DNA of 64,000 nucleotides from Candidatus Latescibacterota bacterium (GTDB lineage: Bacteria; Latescibacterota; UBA2968), in the NCBI GenBank assembly GCA_965116885.1, contig OZ220741.1, positions 3,072,001 through 3,136,000 on the forward strand. Reading direction: 5' to 3'. The position numbers and the translations under genes were made by a program. The notes under the pieces are model-generated. The model was not told the origin of the DNA, ran no database searches, and saw nothing but the letters and a program-made list of their open reading frames with translations. Within the stretch, counting starts at the first letter, position 1. Every line of letters starts with the position of its first letter. This document shows, piece after piece, positions 20,339 to 31,385 of the stretch.

Positions 20339-20962
20339 CTACCGCCGGGATGAGAAGCGTCGCCGCCGCCCATAAGTTACATTCTCTCGTTCCTGGGATA
20401 TGTTATGTGATGTTATGCCCCCTCCCCGTTCTAAATCCAAAAATTCCCCAGGAATATGTTTGGTCAATACGGTTGGGCCACAATCGTAGAAATGCACGCC
20501 ACTCTGATGGGCGCGTGTCGCAGCAATGCGTATGACAGCCCCTCGGCGTCCGGGTCTGGCGCTTAACCTCGCGGCGACATCGGCATCAAACGACAAATGT
20601 ACATAATCGCGATCATCTGGTGCCAAGCCTTCGGATAATAATCGCTCAGCATCGGCAGAATCTACTCCTTTATACAGAAATTCGGGGGGTTCTGACGGGT
20701 CGAGACCCAGATCAATGGAAAAACTGTGTCCATAACGCGCTCGAATGCGGTTTTCCACAATCTCGAAACGTTGCTTTTCTCCATCATAAACCACTTTTTC
20801 AATATCTTCAAGAGTAAATGTCGAATTTCGGTCTTGAAATGCACTTAAAACCGCATCGAGGTCGGCAAAACCATAGCGATCAACTTGTAGTCCAAACTCA
20901 TCGGGCCTGTGTCGCAACATCAATGACAACAATTTGGAAATGTGTACAATTCTCGGTGCCAT
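20339..20962 (-). CDS. kptA: RNA 2'-phosphotransferase Tpt1/KptA
   Basis: SKLLSLMLRH, KQRF, IRARYGHS and R.YVHLS. Confidence 0.9.
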   Translation of the reverse strand: MAPRIVHISKLLSLMLRHRPDEFGLQVDRYGFADLDAVLSAFQDRNSTFTLEDIEKVVYDGEKQRFEIVENRIRARYGHSFSIDLGLDPSEPPEFLYKGVDSADAERLLSEGLAPDDRDYVHLSFDADVAARLSARPGRRGAVIRIAATRAHQSGVHFYDCGPTVLTKHIPGEFLDLERGGGITSHNISQERENVTYGRRRRFSSRR

Positions 20963-20986
20963 GCGCTTTCTCCGTAATAATAATCT

Positions 20987-22354
20987 CTATGAAAACACCA
21001 CATCTTGCGCGGCATCCACATCCTGAACGCCAATCAACGACAGGCCATCGGGAATGCGCGCGCCACTCAAATTTGCTTTGGCGGCAATACACCGCGTGAA
21101 GCCCAGTTTGCGCGCTTCGGTCATTCTGCGTTCAATTTGACCAACCGCACGCACTTCTCCACCCAACCCAACTTCGCCAATTACAACCGTATCGCGGTAC
21201 ATCTGTCTGCTGCGAAAGCTCGACGCCATAGCCATAGCTACACCCAGATCGACAGCGGGTTCGTCGATACGCAAGCCCCCTGCGACATTTAAGAAAATAT
21301 CTTCAGTTCCCAATTGCAGGCCCGACCGTTTTTCGAGCACGGCAATTAAAATCGCCATTCGCCGGGCATCAAATCCCGTGGCCACGCGCTGCGGGTATCC
21401 GAAATTGCTGCGGCTGACCAGTGCTTGCACTTCGACCAAAATGGGACGTGTACCTTCAATTGTGCAAACAATGGCTGTGCCTTCGCGCTCGGCCTCGCGC
21501 TCGGGCAAGAATACCTGTGAGGGATTATCCACTTCGACCATTCCCCGATCACACATTTCAAAAATGCCAATTTCATTTGTCGATCCAAACCGGTTCTTGG
21601 CCGCCCGCAAAATGCGAAACGCACCGTGTTGTTCGCCCTCCAGATAAAGTACGGTATCGACGATGTGCTCGAGCACGCGCGGCCCTGCAACGGTGCCTTC
21701 TTTGGTGACATGTCCGATTAAAAAAATCGATGTGCCCGTGCGTTTGCCCAGTGCGACCAGTCTTGCAGAAGATTCTCTGACCTGTGCCACACTTCCCGGC
21801 GCGCTTTGTAGATCTGGGCTAAAAATGGTCTGCACCGAATCGACGACAACTGCGATGGGCTGCATTTCTTCGATGTAGCCGCAAATCAGATCGAGATTGG
21901 ATTCAGAAATCAAGTACAATTCATCGGATAACGCGCCGATTCTTTGGGCGCGCATCCGCGTTTGGCGAGGGGATTCTTCTGCGGATACGTACAGTGCCTT
22001 CATACCCGAAAATGCGAGTTGTGCGACCCCTTGCAACAGCAATGTGGATTTGCCAATGCCGGGATCGCCGCCAACAAGCGCAGCCATGCCGGGCACTATG
22101 CCGCCACCCAATGTGCGGTCAAATTCGCCGATGGCTGTTTCAATGCGGTCTTCTCTGCCCCCCACCACTTCCGTAATCGGTTGCGGCGGATTTGCTTTGA
22201 CCCATTCGTCCGCGCGTCTGTTTTGTTTTTCCTCGGGCGATGCCTGTTCTTCGACACAGGTGTTCCATTCTCCACAGGATACGCACCGACCAAACCACCG
22301 TCCCGAATCAGCACCGCATTGCTGACATACATACCGCACGCGCACTTTGCCCAT
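20987..22354 (-). CDS. radA: DNA repair protein RadA/Sms
   Basis: C4 zinc finger, GDPGIGKST, KNRFG, Lon-like C-terminus. Confidence 0.98.
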   Translation of the reverse strand: MGKVRVRYVCQQCGADSGRWFGRCVSCGEWNTCVEEQASPEEKQNRRADEWVKANPPQPITEVVGGREDRIETAIGEFDRTLGGGIVPGMAALVGGDPGIGKSTLLLQGVAQLAFSGMKALYVSAEESPRQTRMRAQRIGALSDELYLISESNLDLICGYIEEMQPIAVVVDSVQTIFSPDLQSAPGSVAQVRESSARLVALGKRTGTSIFLIGHVTKEGTVAGPRVLEHIVDTVLYLEGEQHGAFRILRAAKNRFGSTNEIGIFEMCDRGMVEVDNPSQVFLPEREAEREGTAIVCTIEGTRPILVEVQALVSRSNFGYPQRVATGFDARRMAILIAVLEKRSGLQLGTEDIFLNVAGGLRIDEPAVDLGVAMAMASSFRSRQMYRDTVVIGEVGLGGEVRAVGQIERRMTEARKLGFTRCIAAKANLSGARIPDGLSLIGVQDVDAAQDVVFS

Positions 22355-22366
22355 GGGCTATATTCC

Positions 22367-23740
22367 TCAGGGAAAATCGCGATAGATTTCGGGCTCTTCA
22401 AAGCGGAGGAACTCTGCCTGAAAGACTAAAAAAACGCTGCCAATCGGCCCGCTGCGCTGCTTGCCCAAAATGATCTCGGCTCTGCCTTCTTGCGTATTGC
22501 CCTCTTCATCTACAATGCCATATACTTCGGGGCGAAAGAGAAACATCACCACATCCGCGTCCTGTTCCAGCGAACCACTCTCACGCAAATCAGCCAATTG
22601 TGGTCGTTTATCCGTGCGACTTTCCACAGCCCGCGATAGTTGTGCGCAGGCAACGATCGGAATATCGAGTTCTTTGGCGAGAGCTTTCAAAGACCGCGAA
22701 ATATAGGCGATTTCTTGTTCGCGGCTGCCAAAATTTTCAGATGCGGTCATCAGTTGTAGATAATCGACAATGATTAACTCAATATTGTATTCGGATTTTG
22801 CGCGTCGCGCTTTGGCACGCAGTTCCATGACGGAAATAGCAGGTGTGTCATCGATGTATATGGGGGCTTCAATGAGCTTTCCCGTCCACTCGGATAATCG
22901 TTGCCATTCCTCTTCTGATAGCCTGCCCGTTCGCAAACGGTGCGAACTCACGCGCGCTTCTGCACACAAAAGTCGCTGTGCGAGTTGCTCTGTTGACATT
23001 TCCAGAGAAAAATACAGCACGGGTGTACTGCCCTTCACGGCGGCATTGCGCGCCATGCACAATGTGAGTGCTGTTTTGCCCATCGATGGACGCGATGCGA
23101 GGATGATCATGTCCGAAGACTGCAAGCCTGCTGTGATTTCATCCAGGTCCGTATATCCCGTGGTCACGCCAGTCAGCGCGCCGGGCTGTTCGTGCGCGCG
23201 CTCAATCGCTACATAAGCCTCTTCAATTGCGGATGCAAGGGACATGACGCCTTTGCCCAATTCACCTTCGGCAATTTGAAAGACCCGTTGTTCGGCACGG
23301 TCGATGAGTTCGCGCACATCCTCGGTTTCTTCATAGCTTTCGGTAAGCGTTTGGGTCGCTGCGGATATCAACCGCCGCCTCTGCGCCTTCTCCAGAACGA
23401 TCTGCGCGTGGTATTCGGCATTGGCCGCCGTCGCCATTTCACTGGCCAGTTCGGCAATTAAAACCGCACCGCCGATATCTTCGAGTTGTCCTCGCCGCAA
23501 GAGTTCTGCAGTGAGTGTGACCTGATCGACGGGCTCGCCGCGCTCAGATAATTTTTGAATTGCCGCATAGATTTTTCGATGCGGTGTATGATAAAAAGCC
23601 GTTTCATCCCCCAATACTTCTACCACGCGATTGATTGCCATATTGTCAATCAACATGGCGCCCAATACAGCGCGTTCGACTTCGAGTGCCTGGGGTAGCG
23701 CGCGTTCAACCGTGTTTGATGCCGGATTTTGGGCAGCCAT
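22367..23740 (-). CDS. dnaB: Replicative DNA helicase
   Basis: SRPSMGKT, VDYLQL and DLRESGSLEQDAD; no intein. Confidence 0.98.
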   Translation of the reverse strand: MAAQNPASNTVERALPQALEVERAVLGAMLIDNMAINRVVEVLGDETAFYHTPHRKIYAAIQKLSERGEPVDQVTLTAELLRRGQLEDIGGAVLIAELASEMATAANAEYHAQIVLEKAQRRRLISAATQTLTESYEETEDVRELIDRAEQRVFQIAEGELGKGVMSLASAIEEAYVAIERAHEQPGALTGVTTGYTDLDEITAGLQSSDMIILASRPSMGKTALTLCMARNAAVKGSTPVLYFSLEMSTEQLAQRLLCAEARVSSHRLRTGRLSEEEWQRLSEWTGKLIEAPIYIDDTPAISVMELRAKARRAKSEYNIELIIVDYLQLMTASENFGSREQEIAYISRSLKALAKELDIPIVACAQLSRAVESRTDKRPQLADLRESGSLEQDADVVMFLFRPEVYGIVDEEGNTQEGRAEIILGKQRSGPIGSVFLVFQAEFLRFEEPEIYRDFP

Positions 23741-24411
23741 CAGATTTTAGTTCCATCGTAAAGTTTGCGAACGAGTTTCAAGTCTTCCCAGGCAGGGCGC
23801 TTCCAGTGTGCATTTCGCAACAGGGCAGCAGGGTGATATGTGGGGACTAATTTCGCGCCCTGGTATTCAAAAACTTTTCCCCTCAAACGCCCCATCGACT
23901 CGGTGGTTTGCAACAGGGTTTGCGCGGCAAAACGTCCCAAAGTACAGATTACAACCGGCGCAATCAAATCAATTTGTTGTAGTAGATAAGGCTGACATTC
24001 GGCAATTTCATCGGGTTTGGGATCCCGGTTATTGGGGGGTCTGCATTTGATAATGTTGGCGATATAGACGTCTTCGCGCGTCAAACCCATGGCTTCGATC
24101 ATGCGCGTCAACAGTTCTCCAGCAGCCCCTACAAAAGGCAACCCCCGCCGGTCTTCTTCCGCACCGGGTGCTTCACCGACAAACATGAGGTCTGCATTAG
24201 TTTTTCCGCTTCCAAACACGACTGAGGTGCGCGTTTGCGCCAGTCCACATTTTTGACAGTTGGAAACCTCTTGACCCAAAATAGTCAGGGAATCAGCGTC
24301 TGATTTCCGATCATCCATCCGCGCCACCGAGACGGGGGCATAAGCGATTTCTCGCGATAGAAAATCGCGTGCAAGCGCGAGGGTTTCCAACAGGTCGGGG
24401 GATTCATTCAT
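23740..24411 (-). CDS. Uracil-DNA glycosylase family 4 (Fe-S)
   Basis: C..C, GEAPG, KCRPP.NR and YHPAALL; ATG 24411 overlaps the coaBC stop. Confidence 0.95.
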   Translation of the reverse strand: MNESPDLLETLALARDFLSREIAYAPVSVARMDDRKSDADSLTILGQEVSNCQKCGLAQTRTSVVFGSGKTNADLMFVGEAPGAEEDRRGLPFVGAAGELLTRMIEAMGLTREDVYIANIIKCRPPNNRDPKPDEIAECQPYLLQQIDLIAPVVICTLGRFAAQTLLQTTESMGRLRGKVFEYQGAKLVPTYHPAALLRNAHWKRPAWEDLKLVRKLYDGTKI

Positions 24412-25609
24412 GCGCGTTCTCCCAACGCGACACCAGCCAATCCAAAATGCGATCTGCCACATCGCGTTTGGACATCAAGGGCAATGCGACAGGTTCTCGA
24501 TGGGGTTCTATAAAAGTCACGACATTGGTATCGACGCCAAACCCCGCACCTTCCACATTCAATTCGTTTAACACAATCAGGTCAAGGTTTTTCTCGTGGC
24601 GTTTTTTGTGGGCATTCTCCAGCGCGTGATCGGTTTCCATCGCAAAACCGATTACGACTCGCTCACCCTTGTTTTGTCCCAGGGGAATTAAAAAATCTTC
24701 GTTGGGCAGAAGGTGAAGCGAAAGACCGCCATCGCGTTTTTTTATTTTTGATTCGGACACATGTTCGGGGCGAAAATCGAGTACGGCTGCGGTCATAATT
24801 AGTGCGTCGGCATGCTGATATGCGCGGACGGTCGCTGCTTTCAAATCGGCAACTGTGCGGATAGATTCGACCTGTACACCGGCGGGGGCGGTGAGTTCCG
24901 TCGGTCCACTGATCAACGTGACATCAGCCCCTCGGCGGTGCGCTTGTTCGGCAATAGCATAGCCCATTTTACCCGTTGAGCGATTGGTAATAAAACGCAC
25001 GGGATCAATGGGTTGCTCTGTCCTGCCCGCTGTCACTACAATGCGTTTCCCGGCAAGTGATTGTGTCGCGCCTATCATACTACTGGCTTCATCCACAATC
25101 TCATGGGGTTCGGCCATGCGTCCCATTCCCTCGGCACCGGAGGCGAGCAATCCCGTCCCCGGCCCAACCATCCGATAGCCGTCTTTTTTTAAGAACTCGA
25201 TATTTTGTCTTACAGCACCGCGTTCCCACATTTGGGTTTCCATTGCCGGGGCGAGTAAAACAGGTGCTTCTGCCGCCAACAACGCACAGGTCAACAGGTC
25301 GTCGGCCAACCCCTGGGCCAATTTGCCCATGCAATTTGCAGTTGCTGGCGCGACAATGATTAGATCGGCCCACTTGCCCAAATGCACGTGGATAACATCG
25401 GGGTCGCCATCCGACGGAAACAAATCCGTATAGACGCGATGGTGTGAGAGTGCTTCAAAAGTGAGGGGCTGCACAAATTTTTGTGCAGCGGGCGTCATGA
25501 CCACCCGAACCTCTGCGCCTGCATTCTGAAGAAGGCGCAATAAGAATACACTTTTATAGGCGGCAATGCCACCGCTAACGCCCAGAAGAATCCTCTTTCC
25601 CGTCAGCAT
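24404..25609 (-). CDS. coaBC: Phosphopantothenoylcysteine decarboxylase/synthase
   Basis: [16 protein letters not shown] and [15 protein letters not shown]. Confidence 0.97.
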   Translation of the reverse strand: MLTGKRILLGVSGGIAAYKSVFLLRLLQNAGAEVRVVMTPAAQKFVQPLTFEALSHHRVYTDLFPSDGDPDVIHVHLGKWADLIIVAPATANCMGKLAQGLADDLLTCALLAAEAPVLLAPAMETQMWERGAVRQNIEFLKKDGYRMVGPGTGLLASGAEGMGRMAEPHEIVDEASSMIGATQSLAGKRIVVTAGRTEQPIDPVRFITNRSTGKMGYAIAEQAHRRGADVTLISGPTELTAPAGVQVESIRTVADLKAATVRAYQHADALIMTAAVLDFRPEHVSESKIKKRDGGLSLHLLPNEDFLIPLGQNKGERVVIGFAMETDHALENAHKKRHEKNLDLIVLNELNVEGAGFGVDTNVVTFIEPHREPVALPLMSKRDVADRILDWLVSRWENAHE

Positions 25610-25802
25610 AGGTCACCTGAATTTTCTTTTCTACAATTCGGTCCAGTGCAATGGTTGTTATTTTTTCTTCACCTTCGGGCACACCCGCAACCAGCCGGGC
25701 TTTATTCAACCTTCGCGCTTCTTTTGATGCCAGCAATACAGCTTGATAGGAATTCATATCTTCTTCAACAGTTAATTCCTCAGTGAAAAATACGTTTGAC
25801 AT
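25575..25802 (-). CDS. rpoZ: RNA polymerase omega subunit
   Basis: Y.AVL.ASKEARRLN...K.TTIAL; AAGGAG RBS; gmk-rpoZ-coaBC synteny. Confidence 0.85.
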   Translation of the reverse strand: MSNVFFTEELTVEEDMNSYQAVLLASKEARRLNKARLVAGVPEGEEKITTIALDRIVEKKIQVTYADGKEDSSGR

Positions 25803-25879
25803 AATGCACTCCTTATTAGAAATGGGATTCTCGTACCTCAATAACGGGACGGGAATAGGTAGGGAGCCTGGCTAGATTT

Positions 25880-26533
25880 TTAGTGATTCAATTCACGCAA
25901 ACACATCCGATGTGTGCGCCGTCTCTCTGCGTGAATAATTGCGAGTAAATCGGCGATGGCTTGTTCCAATTTGTCATTTACAACAACGTAATCGCTGTTT
26001 TTGGCCTGGACAAGTTCAGAAACTGCATTTTCCATACGCAAGCGAAAGGCCGATGTGCTTTCAGACTGTCGCGCATTGAGTCGCTCTGCAAGCACATCGA
26101 GGGATGGCGGCACGATAAATACGGTCACACAGCGATCTCCCAAGACCTTTTTCCACGCGGCTACGCCTTGCACATCCACGTCCATTAACATCACCTGTCC
26201 GCCGCTCATGGCTTTTACAACCGCGTCGAATGTTGCACCGTAAAGATGTCCGTGTACTTCGGCAGACTCGACAAAATCACCTCGTTTTTGCATGGCTTCA
26301 AATTGTGCAACTGTCACAAAATGACGGGCAACACCTTCTACTTCGTCATCGCGTGGTGGTCGCGTCGTTGTCGTCACGCACCGCCGCACGCGGGAATCTG
26401 CACGCAAAACTCCCTGGCATATCGTCGTTTTTCCCACTCCCGATGGCCCGGCGACGACCACGGCAAATGCGTCGGGACTATCGCTCAACTTTTGCCGAAT
26501 TCTTTTAACATCCGTTTTTTCTGATTTAATCAT
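25880..26533 (-). CDS. gmk: Guanylate kinase
   Basis: GPSGVGKTT, TTRPPR..E..G, EVHG..YG and DVQG. Confidence 0.95.
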   Translation of the reverse strand: MIKSEKTDVKRIRQKLSDSPDAFAVVVAGPSGVGKTTICQGVLRADSRVRRCVTTTTRPPRDDEVEGVARHFVTVAQFEAMQKRGDFVESAEVHGHLYGATFDAVVKAMSGGQVMLMDVDVQGVAAWKKVLGDRCVTVFIVPPSLDVLAERLNARQSESTSAFRLRMENAVSELVQAKNSDYVVVNDKLEQAIADLLAIIHAERRRTHRMCLRELNH

Positions 26534-26542
26534 CCGCGACTT

Positions 26543-27415
26543 TTACTCGATGTTTTGAATCTGTTCTTTGAGTTTTTCAATTTCTTCTTTGATATCTACG
26601 ACCACATGGGCTATCGTCGCGTCACCTGCTTTGGATCCCATGGTATTGGCTTCTCTGAGCATTTCTTGTAACAAAAAATTGAGACGCCGGCCAACTGCTT
26701 CTTTGCGGTCGAGCATATCGAGAAACTGTGCGTTATGACTGTGAAAACGCACGCATTCTTCTGTTATGTCGCTGCGGTCGGCCAGGAGAGCAATTTCCAT
26801 CAATAGCCTGCTCTCATCAATTTGTTCGGGCGTTAATAATTGCGCCAATTTTTCCTCTAATCGCGTCCGAACAGTTTCTACTCGCTCGGGTGCGAGTTCT
26901 TCGACGCGCTGGAGAAATTTATTGAGCACTAAAATGCGCGTATGGAGATCACGGGCGAGTTTTTCACCTTCTGCCAGACACATGGCCCGACAGGCGTCAA
27001 TAGCCTGACTGAGTGCTACAGATACCACCTTCCAGAGGGCTTCAGAATCGAGTTCGGGAATTTCAAATGCGAATATTTGAGGTAACTGGGCAATTTGCAT
27101 CAGATCGATATCGCCCGATATATCCGCGCGAATTTCTTCGATCCCTTTGAGATACGCGGATAGAACTTCGGGCTTGAGTACAGGAAGACCCTGCTCCGAT
27201 GCAGTACCCTGTAAAGTTATACTCACATCGAGTCGCCCTCTTGTAAAGACCGATAAAACCCGTTCTTTGATGCGAGATTCAAGCTCAGACAAAGAACGGG
27301 GCATGCGTACTATCACATCGCCATAGCGCCCATTGACCGACCGCATTTCAACAATAACGCGGCCCACATCCCCTTCTGCAATACCCTTTCCAAAACCGGT
27401 CATGCTGGCGATCAT
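26543..27415 (-). CDS. yicC: YicC/YloC family endoribonuclease
   Basis: SMTGFG, RSVNGRY and GRRLNFLLQEM.RE.NT..SK. Confidence 0.95.
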   Translation of the reverse strand: MIASMTGFGKGIAEGDVGRVIVEMRSVNGRYGDVIVRMPRSLSELESRIKERVLSVFTRGRLDVSITLQGTASEQGLPVLKPEVLSAYLKGIEEIRADISGDIDLMQIAQLPQIFAFEIPELDSEALWKVVSVALSQAIDACRAMCLAEGEKLARDLHTRILVLNKFLQRVEELAPERVETVRTRLEEKLAQLLTPEQIDESRLLMEIALLADRSDITEECVRFHSHNAQFLDMLDRKEAVGRRLNFLLQEMLREANTMGSKAGDATIAHVVVDIKEEIEKLKEQIQNIE

Positions 27416-27470
27416 ACCCACTCCCACCTGCTGGCAAATGCAATAAAAATGTCTGAAATAATAGCTAAAA

Positions 27471-27499
27471 AAGATAGTCAATTTACATATTATTGTCAA
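27471..27499 (-). promoter_or_regulatory. Sigma70-type promoter of the yicC operon
   Basis: Minus strand TTGACA-N17-TATCTT. Confidence 0.7.
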
Positions 27500-27592
27500 T
27501 CAAACCGGATAGAACTACAGATTTGTGGTTATCAATCGCATTTCTTCGCAGCTCGCAATGGGGTGGTTTGGTGTTGCGTTTCTACACTTTGA

Positions 27593-27621
27593 TTGACCTC
27601 AACGTGGTAAGAAGGTATATT
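27593..27621 (+). promoter_or_regulatory. Sigma70-type promoter upstream of lepA
   Basis: TTGACC-N17-TATATT. Confidence 0.75.
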
Positions 27622-27627
27622 CTTATG

Positions 27628-27740
27628 CTTTATGGCGTTTATTGAACTGTTATACTGAAGTTGTGCTGCGCGTGTGCAGTCGTGCTCGAAGCGATGTACA
27701 ACTGCGACGCTTTATCAGCAGTTCATTACTCGTCTTCATA
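27628..27740 (+). ncRNA. Candidate structured leader or small RNA upstream of lepA
   Basis: Nested helices 27643-27651/27717-27725, 27670-27673/27707-27710 and 27676-27680/27701-27705; folded by eye. Confidence 0.45.
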
Positions 27741-27773
27741 TACAACTTCTCAAACTTGTAGCAACGCAAAAAT

Positions 27774-29573
27774 ATGAATCTTCATAATATTCGAAATTTT
27801 TCCATCATTGCGCATATTGATCACGGAAAATCGACCTTGGCTGACCGGTTGCTCGAAGAGACGCAAACTCTGAGCAAATATCAAATGCAAGATCAGGTGC
27901 TCGATAGCATGGATCTCGAACGCGAGCGGGGTATTACCATCAAATCGCACGCCATTCGCATGGATTATACAGCGCCAGATGGTCAGATTTATGAACTCAA
28001 TCTCATCGATACGCCGGGTCATGTCGATTTCTCTTATGAGGTCTCGCGCAGTCTCACCGCGTGTGAAGGTGCGCTGCTCCTCGTTGACGCGGCACAGGGA
28101 GTGGAAGCCCAAACCGTTAGCAATGTTCTCCTTGCTATGGAGCACGACTTGTTCATCATTCCCGTGATCAACAAGATTGACCTGCCCGGTGCCGAAGTAG
28201 ATCGCGTGGTCATGCAACTCCATGACTTGCTCGGTGTAGAAGAAGAGGAAATTGTCAAAATCAGTGCTAAAGAGGGCATTGGGATCGATAAACTCCTGGC
28301 CGCTATTATCGATGAGATACCACCTCCGGAAGGGAATCCGGATGCTCCGCTTAAGGCTCTCATCTTCGATTCTATTTTCGACCAATATCGCGGTGTCGTG
28401 GCTTATGTGCGCGTTTTTGATGGCGTGTTAAAAAAAAATATGCCCATCCGTCTCTTTTCGACCCACCAAAATTACGACGCCGAAGAAATCGGTACCCTCA
28501 AACTCAAGCGTATCAAACAGCAAAGCCTCAGCGCAGGCGAAGTCGGGTATCTTATCGCGGGGATAAAGGACCTTGAAGACGCTCGGGTCGGCGACACTGT
28601 CACCGGCTCTGCGAATCCCGCTCCTGACCCCTTGCCCGGCTATCAGGAAGTCAAACCCATGGTCTTTGCCGGGCTTTATCCCATATCATCAGATGACTTT
28701 GAAAACCTTCGCTCTGCACTCGAAAAACTGCACCTCAACGATGCGTCATTGTCCTACGAACCCGAAACTTCGACAGCACTCGGTTTCGGGTTTCGATGTG
28801 GCTTTCTCGGCCTGCTCCACATGGAAATTGTCCAGGAGCGACTGGACCGCGAATTTGACATAGACATCATCACTACTGTGCCGAATGTCGAATATCGCGT
28901 GCGCCTGACCAGTGGAGAGCAGGTCAATGTGCAAAATCCCGCTGAGATGCCCCCAGCGGGAAATATAGAAGATATTGCCGAACCGATACTCGATGCCCAA
29001 ATTCTGGTGCCCTCTGAATATGTGGGCAATATTATGCGTATTGCACAAGATCGTCGGGGCCATTATCGGACGACCGAATACATTGATCCCACCCGTGCTC
29101 TCTTGCGCTATGATCTGCCGTTATCCGAAATTGTGCTCGATTTCTACGACCGCCTCAAATCGGTCTCGCGCGGTTATGCATCGTTTGACTACGAATACAA
29201 AAAACACCAGGCAGCAGATCTGGTCAAACTCGATCTGCTCATCAACGGCGAACCCTTAGACGCACTCTCTGCAATTGTTCACCGCGATAAAGCCTATGAA
29301 TGGGGGCGCGCATTGAGTCAAAAACTCAAAGCACTGATCCCGCGCCAGCTCTTTGAAGTCGTTATTCAAGCGGCAATCGGTGCCAAAGTGATTTCGCGCG
29401 AAACCGTGCGGCCCTTCCGCAAAAACGTCACCGCCAAATGTTATGGCGGCGATATTACCCGCAAGCGCAAACTCCTCGAGCGCCAAAAAGAGGGTAAAAA
29501 GCGCATGAAACAAGTCGGTGCAGTAGAAATCCCTCAAGAGGCGTTTCTCGCTGTTTTGCAGATGGAAGTGTGA
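27774..29573 (+). CDS. lepA: Elongation factor 4
   Basis: [28 protein letters not shown] and [15 protein letters not shown]. Confidence 0.99.
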   Translation: MNLHNIRNFSIIAHIDHGKSTLADRLLEETQTLSKYQMQDQVLDSMDLERERGITIKSHAIRMDYTAPDGQIYELNLIDTPGHVDFSYEVSRSLTACEGALLLVDAAQGVEAQTVSNVLLAMEHDLFIIPVINKIDLPGAEVDRVVMQLHDLLGVEEEEIVKISAKEGIGIDKLLAAIIDEIPPPEGNPDAPLKALIFDSIFDQYRGVVAYVRVFDGVLKKNMPIRLFSTHQNYDAEEIGTLKLKRIKQQSLSAGEVGYLIAGIKDLEDARVGDTVTGSANPAPDPLPGYQEVKPMVFAGLYPISSDDFENLRSALEKLHLNDASLSYEPETSTALGFGFRCGFLGLLHMEIVQERLDREFDIDIITTVPNVEYRVRLTSGEQVNVQNPAEMPPAGNIEDIAEPILDAQILVPSEYVGNIMRIAQDRRGHYRTTEYIDPTRALLRYDLPLSEIVLDFYDRLKSVSRGYASFDYEYKKHQAADLVKLDLLINGEPLDALSAIVHRDKAYEWGRALSQKLKALIPRQLFEVVIQAAIGAKVISRETVRPFRKNVTAKCYGGDITRKRKLLERQKEGKKRMKQVGAVEIPQEAFLAVLQMEV

Positions 29574-30268
29574 GGAAAATGCCCCCAAAAAGATCCGTGA
29601 CTATTGAATATATCAAGGCCATCTTACTCGCGTTTGTACTCGCGCTTTTTATTCGCATATTTGTCGTGCAGGCATTTCGCATTCCTTCAGGGTCGATGGA
29701 AAACACTTTGCTGATCGGAGATTTTCTGCTGGCGAATAAATTTATTTACGGTGCTCGCATACCCTTTACCGACATTCGCCTGCCCGCGTGGCGTTCGCCA
29801 GATCCCGGAGATATTGTTATTTTTCAGTATCCCAGAGATCTATCCCGCGACTTTATCAAACGCATTGTAGCAGGACCCGGACAGAAAGTTGAAATAAAAG
29901 ATAAAATCCTTTATGTTGACGACAAGCGCGCGATTGATCCATCCAGAGCCAAATATATCGATTCTGTTATTCTCAGACGGAGGTCGGTGGTCAATACACG
30001 GGATAACTACGGGCCTAAGATCGTGCCCGAAGACTGTTATTTTGTGATGGGCGACAACCGCGACAGCAGTGAAGACAGTCGATACTGGGGCTTTCTCAAG
30101 CGCGATCTCATTCGGGGAAAAGCATTTGTTCTCTACTGGTCCTGGGCACCTGATGATCGCGTCCCCGCATATAGCAACGTGACGTCTCTATTCGGTATCG
30201 CGCTCTATAATCTGTTCCACTTTCCCGAGCGCGTGCGCTGGCGGCGCATTGGTATGCTCGTGGAGTGA
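29570..30268 (+). CDS. lepB: Signal peptidase I
   Basis: IPSGSM, FIKR and MGDNRD.S.DSRYWG. Confidence 0.97.
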   Translation: MRKMPPKRSVTIEYIKAILLAFVLALFIRIFVVQAFRIPSGSMENTLLIGDFLLANKFIYGARIPFTDIRLPAWRSPDPGDIVIFQYPRDLSRDFIKRIVAGPGQKVEIKDKILYVDDKRAIDPSRAKYIDSVILRRRSVVNTRDNYGPKIVPEDCYFVMGDNRDSSEDSRYWGFLKRDLIRGKAFVLYWSWAPDDRVPAYSNVTSLFGIALYNLFHFPERVRWRRIGMLVE

Positions 30269-30275
30269 AGATTTC

Positions 30276-31385
30276 ATGCACCTCGGCCTTTACATCCATA
30301 TCCCATTTTGTCACTCGCGCTGTCCGTATTGCGATTTTGCATTTGTCGTGGGAAAAAATCATATGGCGAAACGCTATACGGATGCGGTGATTGTTGAAAT
30401 GCAAACCCGCATGCAGTCTTTTGGAACGGTCCCGGTGTTCGATACGCTGTACTTTGGGGGAGGCACGCCTTCGGCAATACCACCTGGACAATTGGATCGG
30501 ATTCTGACAAGTGCGAAAAGCGCGGTCGCTCCCGATGCAGAGATTACGGCAGAGGCCAATCCCAATGACTGCGAGCACTTTGAAAAATTATATGAATATG
30601 GTGTAAACCGCTTGAGTCTGGGCGTGCAGGCATTTACAGATCGCGCACTCAAAGCACTGGGGAGATTTCACACGGCGTCAGATGCGATCGAGGCGTTTCA
30701 AACCGCCCGTGATGTGGGGTTTAAGAACATAAGTATTGACCTCATGTACGGCGCGCCGGAACAGACGCTTGAAGAATGGGCAACGAGTATTCAGAGAGCC
30801 ATAGATCTGGGGCCTGAACATATCTCGGTGTATGGTCTCACGATTGAACCCCAGACCAATTTTGCGCGCCGCTTTCAAAAAGGGAAATTGGATGTGCCGC
30901 CTGAAACCGACCAGGCCGAGATGTATATGTATGCTATTGACCACCTCGAGGCTGCCGGGTACATACATTACGAAATTTCCAATTTTGCCCAACCGAGATT
31001 TGCGTCGCGTCACAATCTCAACTACTGGCATGATCGCCCCTATCTGGGCGTTGGTTTATCTGCACATTCGTATCTCGATAATCGGCGATTCTGGAATGTG
31101 CGGGGCATCACAACTTATATACAGCATATTGAGGCAACCGGATATGCAGTGGAAAGAGAAGAACAACTCACCCCGACACAGCACCTGTTGGAGCGAGTTA
31201 TGCTTGGATTGCGCCAACGCAGGGGGCTTTGCGCAGAGTTTTTGAGTCATCCAAAAATCCACAAACAGTATATCGCGATGGCAAATCAGCACTTGCTGGA
31301 ACGAACTGATAACCGCGTTCGCCTGACGCGGCGAGGTCTCCTGCTCGCCGATCTGGTATGCACCGAACTCATTAGAGAACTATAG
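30276..31385 (+). CDS. hemW: Radical SAM heme chaperone HemW
   Basis: LYIHIPFC...C.YCDF, GGGTPS, YEISNF and HN..YW. Confidence 0.93.
   Translation: MHLGLYIHIPFCHSRCPYCDFAFVVGKNHMAKRYTDAVIVEMQTRMQSFGTVPVFDTLYFGGGTPSAIPPGQLDRILTSAKSAVAPDAEITAEANPNDCEHFEKLYEYGVNRLSLGVQAFTDRALKALGRFHTASDAIEAFQTARDVGFKNISIDLMYGAPEQTLEEWATSIQRAIDLGPEHISVYGLTIEPQTNFARRFQKGKLDVPPETDQAEMYMYAIDHLEAAGYIHYEISNFAQPRFASRHNLNYWHDRPYLGVGLSAHSYLDNRRFWNVRGITTYIQHIEATGYAVEREEQLTPTQHLLERVMLGLRQRRGLCAEFLSHPKIHKQYIAMANQHLLERTDNRVRLTRRGLLLADLVCTELIREL

Noticed and set aside
22367..23740. Intein in dnaB
   Set aside because: The protein has normal length (457 aa) and contiguous helicase motifs.
27628..27740. SRP (4.5S) or 6S RNA
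   Set aside because: It lacks the SRP domain IV motif and is shorter than typical 6S RNA, so it is kept only as an unnamed candidate.
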